This document shows positions 32,059 to 44,729 of a DNA stretch of 64,000 bases, one piece after another. This DNA is from Klebsormidium nitens (taxonomy: Eukaryota; Plantae; Klebsormidiophyceae), in NCBI GenBank assembly GCA_000708835.1, contig DF237347.1:22245-86244 (forward strand). Direction: 5' to 3'. The notes under the pieces are model-generated. The model was not told the DNA's origin. It did not search any database and worked only from the letters and a program-made list of their open reading frames with translations. Each line of letters starts with the position of its first letter. Within the stretch, counting starts at the first letter, position 1. Made by a program: the position numbers and the translations under genes.

Positions 32059-35000
32059 ATGGCGTCTCACGGAAATATGGCAGGGGACGCCTTTGGCTCG
32101 TTCAAGCCCACCACGGCCCCTGCCGTTGTGAACGAAATTCTGGACTGGGCCAAAAAGGTGATGGTCGTCCAATTGCTCAAGGAGAACGAACGCGTCTGCG
32201 ACCTCTATTGTGGGAGGGGGGGCGACATCCGCATCTTTGCAAGCGGCAAAGTGGGGGGGTACTTGGGCATTGATTCGTCCGCCTCAGCTGTAGAAGCGGC
32301 GCGGGAGAATTGGCTTAAGCATGGGAAGCCGTTCGAGGCCGACTTTCACGAGGTTGATCCTTGCTTATCGAAACTGATTGGGCGGCTGGGGTTAGCGAGC
32401 GGGGATTTTGATGTGGTCAGCTGTCAGGGCCATCTGCAGGACTCTTTCCTGACGGAGATCACAATGCGGAGCTTCTTGACAAACGTGGCTGCGCTTCTGA
32501 GGCCCGGGGGGTACTTCTTTGGAACGTGTCCGGACTCCAGCACAATCTGGTGAGCTTTCCTGGTGCCTTGGAAGAAAGCACAAGTCCCTCTTACAGTAGT
32601 AGTAGTGATTTGACAGAGCTCGGTGCACCGTCTTTCTTCAGCACTTGTTGGGAAAAACGGCGGTGCAATCAAGTTATAGACGTGAATGCTGTGAGAGAAG
32701 TTTGTTGCGCCCCTGAGCAGTATCATGATCTGAGCTGGCTCAGCGATACTATTCTGATGATATTGTGTTCGCTAGCTTCTAAATGGATGACAAAGGGGTG
32801 GTTATGCTCTGCGATGGCTGAACGATCAGAACAAGATTTGTTTAAGATGGTTCAGCGTGCTGCCAGTGTCAGTGGGCCCTCTTGTCCTTATCCTTCTTTC
32901 TAGAAAGGTTTTCCGTCCACAAAAAGTTCCCACTAACAGTTATGACTGTTCCTTCACAGCCCACTGTTTCTTTCAAAGTCTCTTGTTTAAAAGCCTGCCA
33001 CCTCTTGAAAGAAGTGGTGCTGGGGAGGGAGGAGCAGGGGGTATTTGAGAGGGAGCCCTTTAAAAAACGCCCTTCCTCAAGAGCCAATTCAGTCGCTTCT
33101 TTTTTAAGACTGCCCCAGTGCCTGAGGGGCTCTGACCATAGTCCTCAAATCAGTCACAATGATGTAACGGCATCTCTCCAGGGATCTGATCAGTTCTACT
33201 GCTGCAAGGCATGCCCCGATACATTGCCTGCAGAAGAATGAGGTATAACTTTTTGTTGCAGGGTGAAGGCCCAGAAGGCGTTACAGCAAGCGCTGCAGCA
33301 CGGGCAGACGGGGCCCATCCCCAAGGTGGCCTCAAAATCGTTCCAGATCACCTTTGAGAACGACAAGTGAGTACGCAGGGGGACCTGGGGCCTGCAGATT
33401 TGCCTCGAAGAGTGGATACATGCTAGTGGTGCTTGCTTTCTGAATTCTGCTCGCATTTGTCTGAAAGGTGTGTTGAGATCCGCAGCGAGTGCCTAAGAAG
33501 GTTGTCGTTTCTCGTTTTGCTCCGACGATCCGTCCGCACTGCACTGCGAGGAATTTGTTCTGCGGAAATGCGACCTGCGATACTGAATGCCCATTGTGTT
33601 CTACGAGTGAATCAGGAGGATTCGTCAATCCAAGCGAAGCTTTTCATCAAAGTAATTGTCGCCGCTTGCAGGTTCTCCACCTTTGGTTGTGAGTACTTCT
33701 TCTCGCTGATCGATGGCATGCCCCCTCAGAAGCAGCTATTGGTCCATTTCCCTTCGCTTATAAGGTTAGCCACCTGACATCCTCTTGGAAGAAAAAGATG
33801 GGCACGTTTTATGTCATCTCCGTCGTCCACTCCCAGTCGTTGGAAAGTTCTTATTCTGTAAGTGATAACACATACAGACTTCTCGCTTTATCAACTCGTG
33901 ATAGAAACAGAGAAACAGAAATGATAGAAGCTTGGAACAATCTCGGAGGACAGGAAAATCCAATGAACACCAAAATCTACATATTGTTTGAACTTTACGA
34001 ACCCCTCAGCCATCTCTGACAGAGGAAAAAGATTCTCAAGAGGAAACTCATCTGAGGCTATGCGCTTCCCAAGCCCACCTCGTACTGGCCCCGTGCTCCA
34101 GGTTTGCCGCTGAGGTGGGGCTGGATATGGTCGAGATCAGCAATCTGGAGGACTTCTACGAGTACAACAAGTGAGGCATCGCATTCACTTTTCAGACCTT
34201 GGATGCTTTTACAGTTCACCTTGAAGCCCCACGTTCATTTCTCTTCCCTTGATACTAGACCTAACGTCCCTATATCGTCCTCCCTTCAAGTTTACTCTCT
34301 TGTGTCCATTCCCTGCGTAAGCTCTTCACCCCGTCATTCATAGCTACGCAAAAGCGCTACTTACTCGAGATAGTCAGTCGGAGCTTTGATCTTCATTTTT
34401 CCATCGGTTTCGATCAACATCGCGGTCATTGTCTTTACAAACTTGTCACCGAGCATATAGCAGTTGCTGCTCTTGCATTTCCATCTTTGTGAAAGTCACG
34501 TGTGCGTCGTCGACAAGAGACCCTGCTCCCTCTCTCCAGTTGGAGCGCAGAATTTGGAAACGGCTGGGGGACGTGTCGCCCCGGTCTATCTTTTGACGTT
34601 GAAGGTTAGGCGCTCCAGCTCCGTCAATGTTGAAAGGTTACGACCTATTTGGCGCAAGCCCTCGGCGCATCCCTGCTCTGAAGTTTGGGCTGCCGATGGC
34701 CAGATCATGCACATTGAAAATTGACACATTTTCGTCATCTTGTAGTTTTTGCAATCGGCCTTTTGAGCTCATCGCCACTGCGTTTCGCAGGGCCCCTTTT
34801 GGCGACTTGCTCCACCTGCCCACGTCCACCGACGGCAAGAAGCGCATTCCCGGCTACGCCAAAGAGCTCATGTCCATCCACGCCACGTTCGTCTTCCGCA
34901 AGTCCGAGCGCGCGCTCCCCGCGCCCCTCCCGCACATGAGCCCGCTCCCGACGGTGCTGACGTCAGCACCGGACACCGGACTTTCGGACGTTTCGGACGG

Positions 35001-38000
35001 GGAGGCTGCGCCGGGAGCTGCGGACGATGCGTTTGCCGTGGATGGGGGGTCGCCCATGCTGCACATTTCCAGCCCCCCGAAAATTGTTGCCGCCCCCACG
35101 GAAGAGGAGGCTGCCCCAGGGGATCCCCCTGCGAAGGCTGAGGTGAAGAGGCGGCGGCTGCGGAAAGTGCAGAAAGAAGCGGAGGTTCCGGTACCGGGGG
35201 GTGTGGAAAAGCCCGTTGTACAGAAGACGCCGGCGGAAGCGGTGGGAATTGCTGCTGGGAAGACGCGGCTTGGGCGGCTGAGAAAGGCGGGCGAGGGACC
35301 CCGGGGCGCAGGGGCAGAGGAAGGGGTAACTAGAGCGGCAGAGGAACTCAAGGCGGGAGCTGCGAGTGCAGCGACGAAGAGGATTGAGAAGGTGGCCAGG
35401 GTCAAAGCAACTGGCGATGCCGAAAAGGTGGGGACGGGCCAGGCAGCGGGAGTGTCGAAAGACGCAGCGAAACCGGACGACGCTGCCAGGGGCGCAGTGC
35501 CCAAGGGCGCAGTGCAACCCCTGAAAAAGGGCGTGCTGAAGAAGGTGGGGAAAAAGGGCGGTATTGCGGTGTTTGTAGCACGGGGGGCCGGAGAGAAGAC
35601 GAGCGATTCCCCTCGGATGCGTGCAGAGGGGATGGCGATACTTGCGCTGGCTGCATTTGCACCCGGGGCCGACGTGCCAAAAGTCGAAAAGAAACGGGGG
35701 GTGAAGGCTGACCCGGGCAACGCGGGGTCCGTTCCGGTTCCGGTGAAGGATGAGCGCGGAGCAAGCGAGGGCGTTAGAACGGTTGCCGCAGCGCCCGGAA
35801 AGAAGGGCGGGAGGCTGCGGAAAAGGCAGGGCGGAATTGTTGAAGCGGCGACGGCGACGGCGAGCGAAGAGGAAGTGGTTGCGAAGGTGGAGGTACCGGA
35901 ACCGGAACCCGAAGCGGCTCCTCCGGAGCTACCCGCAGAGGAACCGAAGCCAGCGGCAGAGGAAACAAACATCTCCGTCGAGAAAGCAGGCAGTACGGCG
36001 AGAGGGGTGAAGAAGGGGGCTGCGAAGGCTGGGGGTTTGCCAGGGAGGCCACCCCCCCGCCGGTCGTCGCGCTTCGAGAAGTTCGACTTTGGGGCGGCAT
36101 TCCAGGGATCCCCGACGGAGTTCTCGTTACCCGAGGAGTGGCTTTCAGAGGCGGGGGGCAGGAAGAACCGGAGGATGAGCATCCGGGTGCCGTCCTCGGA
36201 AGAGGGAGCGCCGGACCAAGTGCTCGAGGCGCAGATTGACGAGGTGGGGGTAAGAAGGGCACGCGCGGCGAGCATTGAGCGCGAGATCGAGGCCGCGCAA
36301 ATAGAGGCGGTTGCGGAGGGGAAGAGCGAGTTTGTGCGGGGAGAGGGAGGTGAGGCAGGCTGGGCAGCGGAGAAAGGAAAAGGGGGCCAAGAGAGGGGAG
36401 ATGGGTTGGTAGCGAAAACAGAAGCCCGGGGAGGAGCTGTCCAAGAAGGCGGAAGAGAGGGAGACAAAGGTGCTACAGCTGCGGAGGCGGGTGCGGTGCT
36501 GCGGGCTCCCGGGAAAGGGGGGAAGAAAGGGAAGGGAAAGAAACAGAAGCGCGGGGGTGGTGAGGTGGAGAGTACCGCGGCGCTTGCCCGAGAAGCAGGC
36601 CCTGGAGTCGAAGCGTCGGCTGGAGTGGCGGGTGACGCGTCGGCGGGGCTTACGGACGACCCGGCCGCGCAGCCGCCGTCCGCTGGTGACGCCTTGGCAG
36701 GAGAGGAGAGTCAGGGCAGATTGGATCCGCTGACGGAAGCAGGAGAAGCGGAAGGCGTGGGACGAGACACGCGGAGCCAAGCGCCCGCGCCCGACTCGCT
36801 CCAACTAGGGTGGGCTTATGACGAGGCGCAACCCTTCGTCGGAGCCGTGTACACAAGAGCGGGAAAGAGGAAGGGCGGGAAAGCGCAGGGGGGGGGGAGC
36901 GGCGCGGCGAAGGAAGGGGAGAAGACCGCAGTAACGGGTGACGGGGAGCCAAGCCCGAGCGTTACGCCGGGTAAGAAGCGGCCTGGCAAGGGGGGCAGAA
37001 AGAGCGGGGCGGTGGAAGAGGCCGCGAGCGAGCGAGGCGGGGCGGGAGTAGCAGACGGTGGGGATTCACGGACACCAACTAGTGTGGCGACTTCGGCGCT
37101 GGAGTCGAGTCCGAGGCTCGTGCGGCGCGTTAGCACGCGGAGGGGGGGCGAGCAGAGCCAGTTTCTGGAGTTGAACATGGACTTGCCGAGTCCGGAGTAC
37201 AAAAGAAAGAAGGGCGGAAAAGGCGAAGGCGGGGGAGGGAAGAAGAACGAGGGTGGGGAGGAAAAGCAGGGCGGGGGGCTTGAGGAGGGCGGTAGTCAGG
37301 GGACGGAGCCGGGAGCAACGGGTGGGGCGCGAGAGCATTCAGTGGTTGGCGAACTTCCAGGCACAGAAGCGGCATTTAATCAAGAGGGAGATGGGGATGG
37401 TCACACGAAGGAGGAAACGGATGAGGCTGGGGATAGGCCAGCTTCCGACAAGCCTCACGGGTTGAGTACCGCAGGTACTCAGGGTCAGGGGGGTCAATAT
37501 ACGGAAGAGAATACGGAAGAACGGCCATCAGGCGAGGGCAGCGATTTGGCGCAGTCCGCGGCTAAAGAAGCTCAAGGTGTGGAGCCGAGAGGAACGGGAG
37601 ACGCATCAGACGATTCAAGGCAACAAGAAGCGACCGTGGCACCAGTAGCGGAGGCAAGAGTTGGGTTAGAGGAACCCGGGGTTTCTGCAAAGCTGGAGGT
37701 AGGCAAAGTAGAGCCAAAGAGCGGCAATGAAAAATCAGAAAGGGAGCACCCAGAAGCGACTGGCGGGCTGGGACGGTCTGGGTTGAGTGTCGATTGCCAG
37801 TCCGAGGCAGCGGTTGGAGAAGGCGATCAGCAGACGGGCAGCAGACCTCCGGAAGCGGGGCCGGCAGGAGAGGCGGGCGAGGACGGGCCGCCTGGGAACA
37901 GTGCTCACCAGAAAACGGAGAGGGATGACGTAATGGAGCAGCTGGAAAGCCGCGTTCAGGACGTCACGGCCAATGAAGCGGAACGGATGGAGGGCGGAGG

Positions 38001-38052
38001 AGAGTTACCGAGGAAAGAGTCCGGTCAGAAGAGTCGACAGGAAAGGGGCTGA
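32059..38052 (+). CDS. RNMT: mRNA cap guanine-N7 methyltransferase (plant type-2-like) with a ~1,045-aa low-complexity C-terminal extension (~1339 aa)
   Basis: Exons 32059-32549, 33262-33366, 33672-33764, 34102-34170, 34791-38052; all introns phase 2, total 4020 nt. SAM motif VCDLYCGRGGD, GIDSSASA, FDVVSCQGHLQDSF, LLRPGGYFFGTCPDSSTIW, LLVHFPSLIRFA, HATFVFRK. After this the exon stays open with G/A/E/K-rich sequence. Confidence 0.87.
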
Positions 38053-40830
38053 ACGAAGAGACTAATCCGAGGGCGGTACCCCTCGACAGCCGGGTTCAGA
38101 CTGGAGAAGGCAGAAGCAATCATGCGGGTGCTGAGCCCGGTGCCAGACGATGTGAAGCTGCGCCGGGAGGATGCAGACGTTGCGCAGCAGACTGTCGTGG
38201 CGAGGAAGATGCCAGCAGAAATAAGTGGCGGAGTGCTCGTTGCGGCACCGACTGGAGACCAAGAGGCCCAACCGACGGGCAAGGCTAAAGCATGGACTAA
38301 CACGTTTGACATGTGGTGGGTTTGTACTGAACGTCCCCAGTTACTCTGATGGTTAATGGAAGGACGACTACGGATCTCGAATTCCGGCCGTTTTGACCAT
38401 GGCAATGATGGACATGGTGTGACTCAAGTTCGCCTCGTTGGTGAGGTTGAGTCATCCAACATGCCATTCACCAATGTCATGCGGTACTCTATCGCTGCGA
38501 TGGCAGCGCCTCGGCACTATCATCTCTTTCGCCTCATCTACGCATTGCATCATGCTAATCATTCCAACAACAACAAATCAGCTGGCACCCCCCTCATGCT
38601 TTGAGAGAGAGAGAAGTCGCGTTATGGCGGGCGGCATAGTGAGGTCTTTGGTTGCAACTTCTCTTCATGGGTGTCAAAGCAGAAGTTCCCCGAGCGCATG
38701 TGGCTTGCCTTGTGCTCTTGTATGACGTGCGGTGTGCACCTTGGCGGTGTGCCAAGCGGATCGGTGGGTCCATCATAAGCGGAATGCTTATACCTAGGTA
38801 CAAAAAGTTGCATCAGCAACTTTCGGGTCCAGCTTATAGGGCTGGCCGCAGTCACTCGGCATTCGAGTCTACACACAATAGACTAGAAACTACAGCAACC
38901 TACAGCCGTCCGATCGAGTCAAACCCTAGTATCAACGGCTCACAACCGGCGCGTGCGCGTAGCTCCGATGAGCTACAGCAATGAGCCTCTACAGCGTGAC
39001 ACCAATCAAGCACAGACCGACATGAGCTCAGCATGGATCAATGGATGCACTTCGTCTCCGTGTTTCCACTCTCGAGCGTATGCAGACGCATATAGCTTGA
39101 AGAACTTGAAGCTGAGGATCGGTCATGCGAGAGTGCATGTTTGGTGCCTGATTCGCCAGCGCTGGTTTTGGAGTTGCAAAAGAAGCGGGTACTGTCTCTA
39201 TTTGCTGATCATGGTCCTTGACTCCATGCCTTGAGCTCAAAACGCTGCCCGGCTCAAAAAGGGCTTTTTTGCGGCCCTAGTATATGCACAGTATACGTTC
39301 AGTTATTCCAACAACAATGAACGCGCCCGGCCACATCGGACCTTCGACGACACAAATTTTTGTCAGTGTCAACAGTGTGATGACTCTGCACCATTGGTAT
39401 GATTTTTCCTTTCTCGCTGTTAGGCACGTACCTAGGCTTGTTTAGATTTGTCTGACAAGCAAATACTAGTATGATCGAAAACTGTGAGCGGTGCAATCCT
39501 CCAGCCTCCAGTGGGTATTATCGTAGGTACGTTTACGAACCGGCTACTGTAGTCCAACAACTGTACTACTGTAGTGTTTAACCAGTGGGTGTGGACCGTT
39601 ACCGGTACCATTGGGGATACCCGGTGAGTCGTGACCACTCACCATTGGCTGTTAGGTACCAGTGATACCAGTAGGTAGTCTGGTAAATTGGTGGTATCAT
39701 ACGCTACCAGGTATGGGTAGTTTGGGTTTAGCCCCGTTTATAGTCAGGTCTGGTCGCAGGCTCGCAGCACGGTTGATCCGATGCCCGGGCTCTGGATTCC
39801 TGGATACAACTACGGGCATTCACCAAGGTTACGTGGTAGACGCACATTCCATCGGGGTTTGATCGGACGACTGGAATTGTGTGCGCTTCTCAGAGCCTTG
39901 CATGCACGACATCGGTGCATGCTACTGATGCCGCGTGTGGTGGTCAAGCTCGTTGCTCGACCGTCGATGCTCGCTTGACGTCATTGTCGGAAGCCCGTTG
40001 GTACCTAACCTATTTTACCGGTACTCCCAAAGATGACGTCACGAGTAGAGCCAAATTTGGAATCCATTATTGCCAGCTGTCAACGTGAATTGTTTGAAAG
40101 CGACCAGCGTAGTCCTTAAACTAGGTGCAAGGTCGCCGGGCAGTCAATCAATTCGGTGCCAGCGGTTGACACGTACTGGGCATTACACCGTCAACCGAGT
40201 CAAAAGGAGCCGTTGGATATGCGCTTTTGGTCATTGCAATCGTTGAAACGCTAGGCTTGGCCTAATACTGTTGACGTTACCGCTGCATAGTACAACCGGG
40301 TCATGAACGTGCATGAGGACTCTGGACTCTGGATCTGAAAAGGGGTCAAGCTATGGCTCATTGTCAGGAATTATCAGGACTTGAATCTGGGCGTAGAGGA
40401 AGGGGACGGTCAAATCGTTCAGGGCGAGGAAAGAGGAGCAGAGTTGTCGCTGCGCAGGCCCTTTTGAATGCTTGCTGACTGCAGGGCTTGCGGAATATTG
40501 AGCAGATTCTGGGCTTTAGGTGTTTCGGATGTGTTTGTCTGTACTTTCCGGAAGCTCTGCTATGGTGCTTGGAGGAGCAGTTTGTTGCAACGTCAGATGA
40601 TTCTTGTGTACGTCAGGAAATCAATGTTCAAGGCCTTGGTATGACAATCTGGAGCCAATGTGGTGTGTGTGACGAGGATTCTGTCCTACCACAACAGTGA
40701 TAAAGCAGATAGAGGAGATCGAAGCGATAGTCACACGAAGGACTGAAAGGAAGCTGGGTTTCTCTAGGAGCATGAGAAAAGCCGCTGAGGGCCAAGAGCG
40801 GTAGCTGTTGTGTTCACATCGGCTATAGAG

Positions 40831-43800
40831 ATGCCGAACAAGCTCTTTACAGGGTTTGCTGCCCTGTTTTGTTTTTGTTTCTTCCTGCTAGGATCGATCA
40901 TTCAAAGAAGTTCGCTCTTTGTTCTCGATGTGGAGAATAAGGCAACAGTCCAGGCGGCAGAACGGGAGTTAACAGAGCGGACATGGGATGTGCAAGAAGG
41001 CACAACAGGGGTTGTGGCTCGGAGAGCCTTGCTAGACAGGCTTATGCTTGAAGAAGAAGTGCCTGAAGATGATGAAGAAGACAAAGGTAAAGCTGTCTGC
41101 ATTGCACCTTTTCTGACTGGATGTTCAAGTCAGCACCTTCGGCATGTCGCTCTTGCACTGTGGTTGCATCCTTTTCCCATTGAGTTGCTGAATGGTAGAG
41201 ATCCAACTTTGGGGCTGGGATCTGTGCGAGCTCAAAGTCTCATTGTTTTGAAGTAGATGGAGCTCGCAGATTAAGGAACTCAAGATGGTGATGCACCACT
41301 TGAGGGGTGATATGTAAGCAGGACTCTCCTGCTGATGAGGATGTAGGATCCTGAGCCTTTTGGTGATGCACTTCCAAATTTCCTGGTGACCTGGTGACCA
41401 ATCAGCTCTCTGGTTTTGCAACCATTATTTTCAACAGTTGACTCAAGTGTCGCGCCAGAATGCAAGGTCCGGGTCTTTGAAGAGTTGAATGTCTGAGATG
41501 GATTTGTTGGATCAACATCATTGGACATCACCGACATTCTATCTTTGAAACACTTCCAAGTAGGGACCTCTGCATTCAGCAAGCGGCAGTCTGCTGCCCT
41601 TTTGGTCAATAGAGGGGACTGCCCCAGAGCTACTTCATCAAGCAGTTGATGTGACTTGGTGATCGTAGCCAGAGGCTTACTTGGTTACATGCATGCCAGA
41701 ATGAGCGTATCCGGTTGATTGATGGGACAACTGCTAGCTTTTCGTCAAAATGTAGATGTAGGTCAGAGTGATGCGGCACTGGATTGACCTAGTGTCACCT
41801 ACTTGCACGCAGTACCCAGCGTGTTGCGAGAGAGCCCCGAAGGCCGCCTGAAAGTTTTCGTGTATGACCTGCCGTCCAAGTACAACACCAAGCTGCTAGA
41901 AAAAGACAGCCGGTGTCTAAACCACATGTTCGCTGCTGAAATTTTTGTACATAGAAACCTATTGAACAGGTAAGCAAGCCCCTTCCCTTCATTCATGCTG
42001 CTTCATCGTTGTAGTAGCTATTCTCAGCTTAAGCCCTGTGGATTAAGACTGAGCATGGAAACACTCTGAAGAATATATCGAGTTCACTGCTCCCCCGATT
42101 AGGTCCATCAGAGCGCGTGCTGAAGTCTTTGGCAATGTCTGGATCAATTTACCTCAGAAACTAGTCAATGAAACACCAGAAGTTTTGAGACACACCCCCC
42201 TTCAAGAACGCCTTTGCCCTACCTTGCTAGGATACTGATATGAACGTCTCTTCTGTGGCACTTGCCCTCCTCTCTTTGCATATACCTGGGGTCTCTTAAA
42301 TGTGGTGCTTCTCCTTGGACAGCTCCATCCGGACAATGGACCCCTCCGAGGCCGACTGGTTCTACACCCCCGTTTACACAACCTGTGACCTGACGCCCAA
42401 TGGGCTGCCCCTGCCCTTCAAAGCTCCTCAGCTGATGCGGAGTGCGATTCGTTGGGTCGCGGAGCACTACCCCTACTGGAATAGGTCCGAAGGGGCAGAC
42501 CACTTCTTCACGGTGCCCCACGATTTTGGCGCTTGCTTCCATTACCAGGTAAGGGGCCTTGTTTTAGTCAAGACATTCCTTCTGTAGATGGGTTTACCGG
42601 AAATGGGCCACGATTGCTGCAGGAAAGCCACAGCTCTTTGTGCATTTGCCTCAGTGATCCGTGCTGTCATCAAGAAGAAGAAGGCCCATAATTTTCCTGG
42701 GGCTGCTATGTGGCATGAGCCAGTGCCTGGTTCTGCTGAGTAGCCTTCATCAGAAGATTGAAGGTTTTATTGTTCGAGCAAGGCATTTGCCTTCTCGGAT
42801 CACTCATACATATAAGATGCAGTTGTTTTGTACATTGGATCCCGATGCACATAAAGTGACTTGCAGGTTCAAACGAGACGCCCAATGTGGGGCTTAACTT
42901 CTGCAATAGGAGCCAAAATTTGAGGACGAACTCTGCAGAACGCATGGTTGACATGACTTACCATGTCAGGCTCATAAACACAATCACTTCAAGATTCACT
43001 TGAGGGGCAGCGCCCTGTGGGACCATCTTTTTCTTCCCTGCTTTTGCTGAGTGAGGAACATCTGAGGCGTGGCAAATGTGTGATTTTCTTTGGTCATTTG
43101 TGCAGGAAGAAGAGGCGATCAAGCGGCGGATCCTGCCAGTTCTGCAGCGGGCCACGCTGGTGCAGACTTTTGGGCAGAACAACCACGTCTGCCTCAAGGA
43201 GGGCTCCATTGTTGTACCCCCCTACGCTCCCCCCCAAAAGATGCGCTCGCGGTTCATCCCCCCCGACACACCCCGAAGCATCTTTGTGTACTTCCGCGGC
43301 ATGTTTTATGACATCAGCAATGATCCGGAGGGGGGCTACTATGCTAGGTAAGATGGCAGTTGCCACATGCTGTTTTTGTGTTGCTTTGGTACCTCTTCCT
43401 GCATGCATTGCCTTCTTGGAACAACAAATGCAGGTCCTGTGTCATTAGTCGCCTTAAGGATAGCCTTTGATCCCAAATTCCATATCCAGGGCTTCGATAG
43501 TTGGGGCTGTCACTTCCTCTAAAGTTCATAGTGTTTGGCACTGGAAATTCTGCATGATCAGTTATGTTTAATGCAAGTTGAGCCAAGCTACCTCGTTGTC
43601 ATCATGCACGCTATGATATTGCCACCCATGCTTTCTGCATCTTCGCTGAGGTATGCTCTAAACCTCAAAAATCGTGCAGCTAGTAGGAAACCTAGTTCCC
43701 CTGTATGACCTTCGCGTAGAATGACCTGCACAATCGATTGTTGGATTTCTTGATGTGCACTCAACCTGCTATGAAGCTTGCTTGGCACATTTTACCAGCT

Positions 43801-44729
43801 CGTTCCGGCTCCTCCCTCTGCTGCTCTGAACCAATACCTTTCAAAACGTCCTCGCTCTTTAGCCCCAGCCCTTCACACCACTCTCGTGCCTGCAGCTCGC
43901 TTACAGCATCTTCCTAGACTTCTTTCCTTTTGTTTAGGCTCACGATTGTTTCTTATGTTTCAGGGGGGCCCGCGCGGCCATTTGGGAGAACTTCAAGGAC
44001 AACCCCCTATTCGACCTCTCGAGCGACCACCCGAGCACCTACTACGAGGACATGCAGCGGGCCGTGTTCTGCCTCTGCCCCCTGGGATGGGCTCCGTGGA
44101 GCCCCCGCATCGTGGAGAGCGTCATCTTCGGCTGCATACCCGTAATCATCGGCGATGACATCGTGCTGCCCTTCTCAGACGCCATCAGGTGAGATGGGCG
44201 CATATATGCCGTCTGTTGCCGCTTTTGTTCCTTATTCAAGAGGTTACTCGATGTCCACTCAATTTTGTCACTCCTTTCAGTCACATCTTTACTTCATCAC
44301 GCTGTCAGGACTTAGCAGATGCGGGGGCATCAATGTGAACAGGCGTTCTGAGGCGTTTGTGGTTGCCCCGGTGTTCTCCAAGCAGAAAGAGCCATGCATA
44401 CTAACCTCAAGCTGGTTTGCAGATGGGACGAGATCTCTGTTTACGTCGCCGAGAAGGACGTCCAGAACTTGGACACCATTCTGACGGCCATCAAGCCAGA
44501 GGAGATCATGGCCATGCAGCGCAAGATGTGGAAGCCGGAGGTGCGGACGGCTATGCTCTTCCCTCAGCCTGCGGAACCGGGGGACAGCTTCCACCAGATT
44601 CTCAACGGCTTGGCCCGGAAACTGCCCCACAAACCGGAGGTGTTCGTGAAACCGGGGGAGCATCCGATTGACTGGACTGCGGGGCCCCAACAAGACCAGG
44701 ATGAGTGGCGGGGGGATGATGAGAACTAG
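40831..44729 (+). CDS. IRX10: GT47 (exostosin family) beta-1,4-xylan xylosyltransferase, IRX10/XYS1-like (~470 aa)
   Basis: Exons 40831-41086, 41813-41969, 42323-42548, 43106-43347, 43964-44188, 44423-44729 (1413 nt). N-terminal hydrophobic anchor; [101 protein letters not shown]. Confidence 0.96.

Noticed and set aside
34854-36467. 537-aa antisense ORF and other long overlapping ORFs opposite the methyltransferase tail
   Set aside because: Expected shadow of a GC-rich, GNN-biased coding exon; S/P/A/F-rich composition and no motifs.
39250-39281. Hairpin plus CTAG|T resembling a Helitron 3' end
   Set aside because: The stem is A/T-rich, bulged and directly abuts CTAG; too weak without copy-number data.
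39376-39456. GTGATGA … CTGA pair resembling a C/D-box snoRNA
   Set aside because: No canonical terminal stem, no convincing rRNA-complementary guide, and these short motifs occur often by chance.
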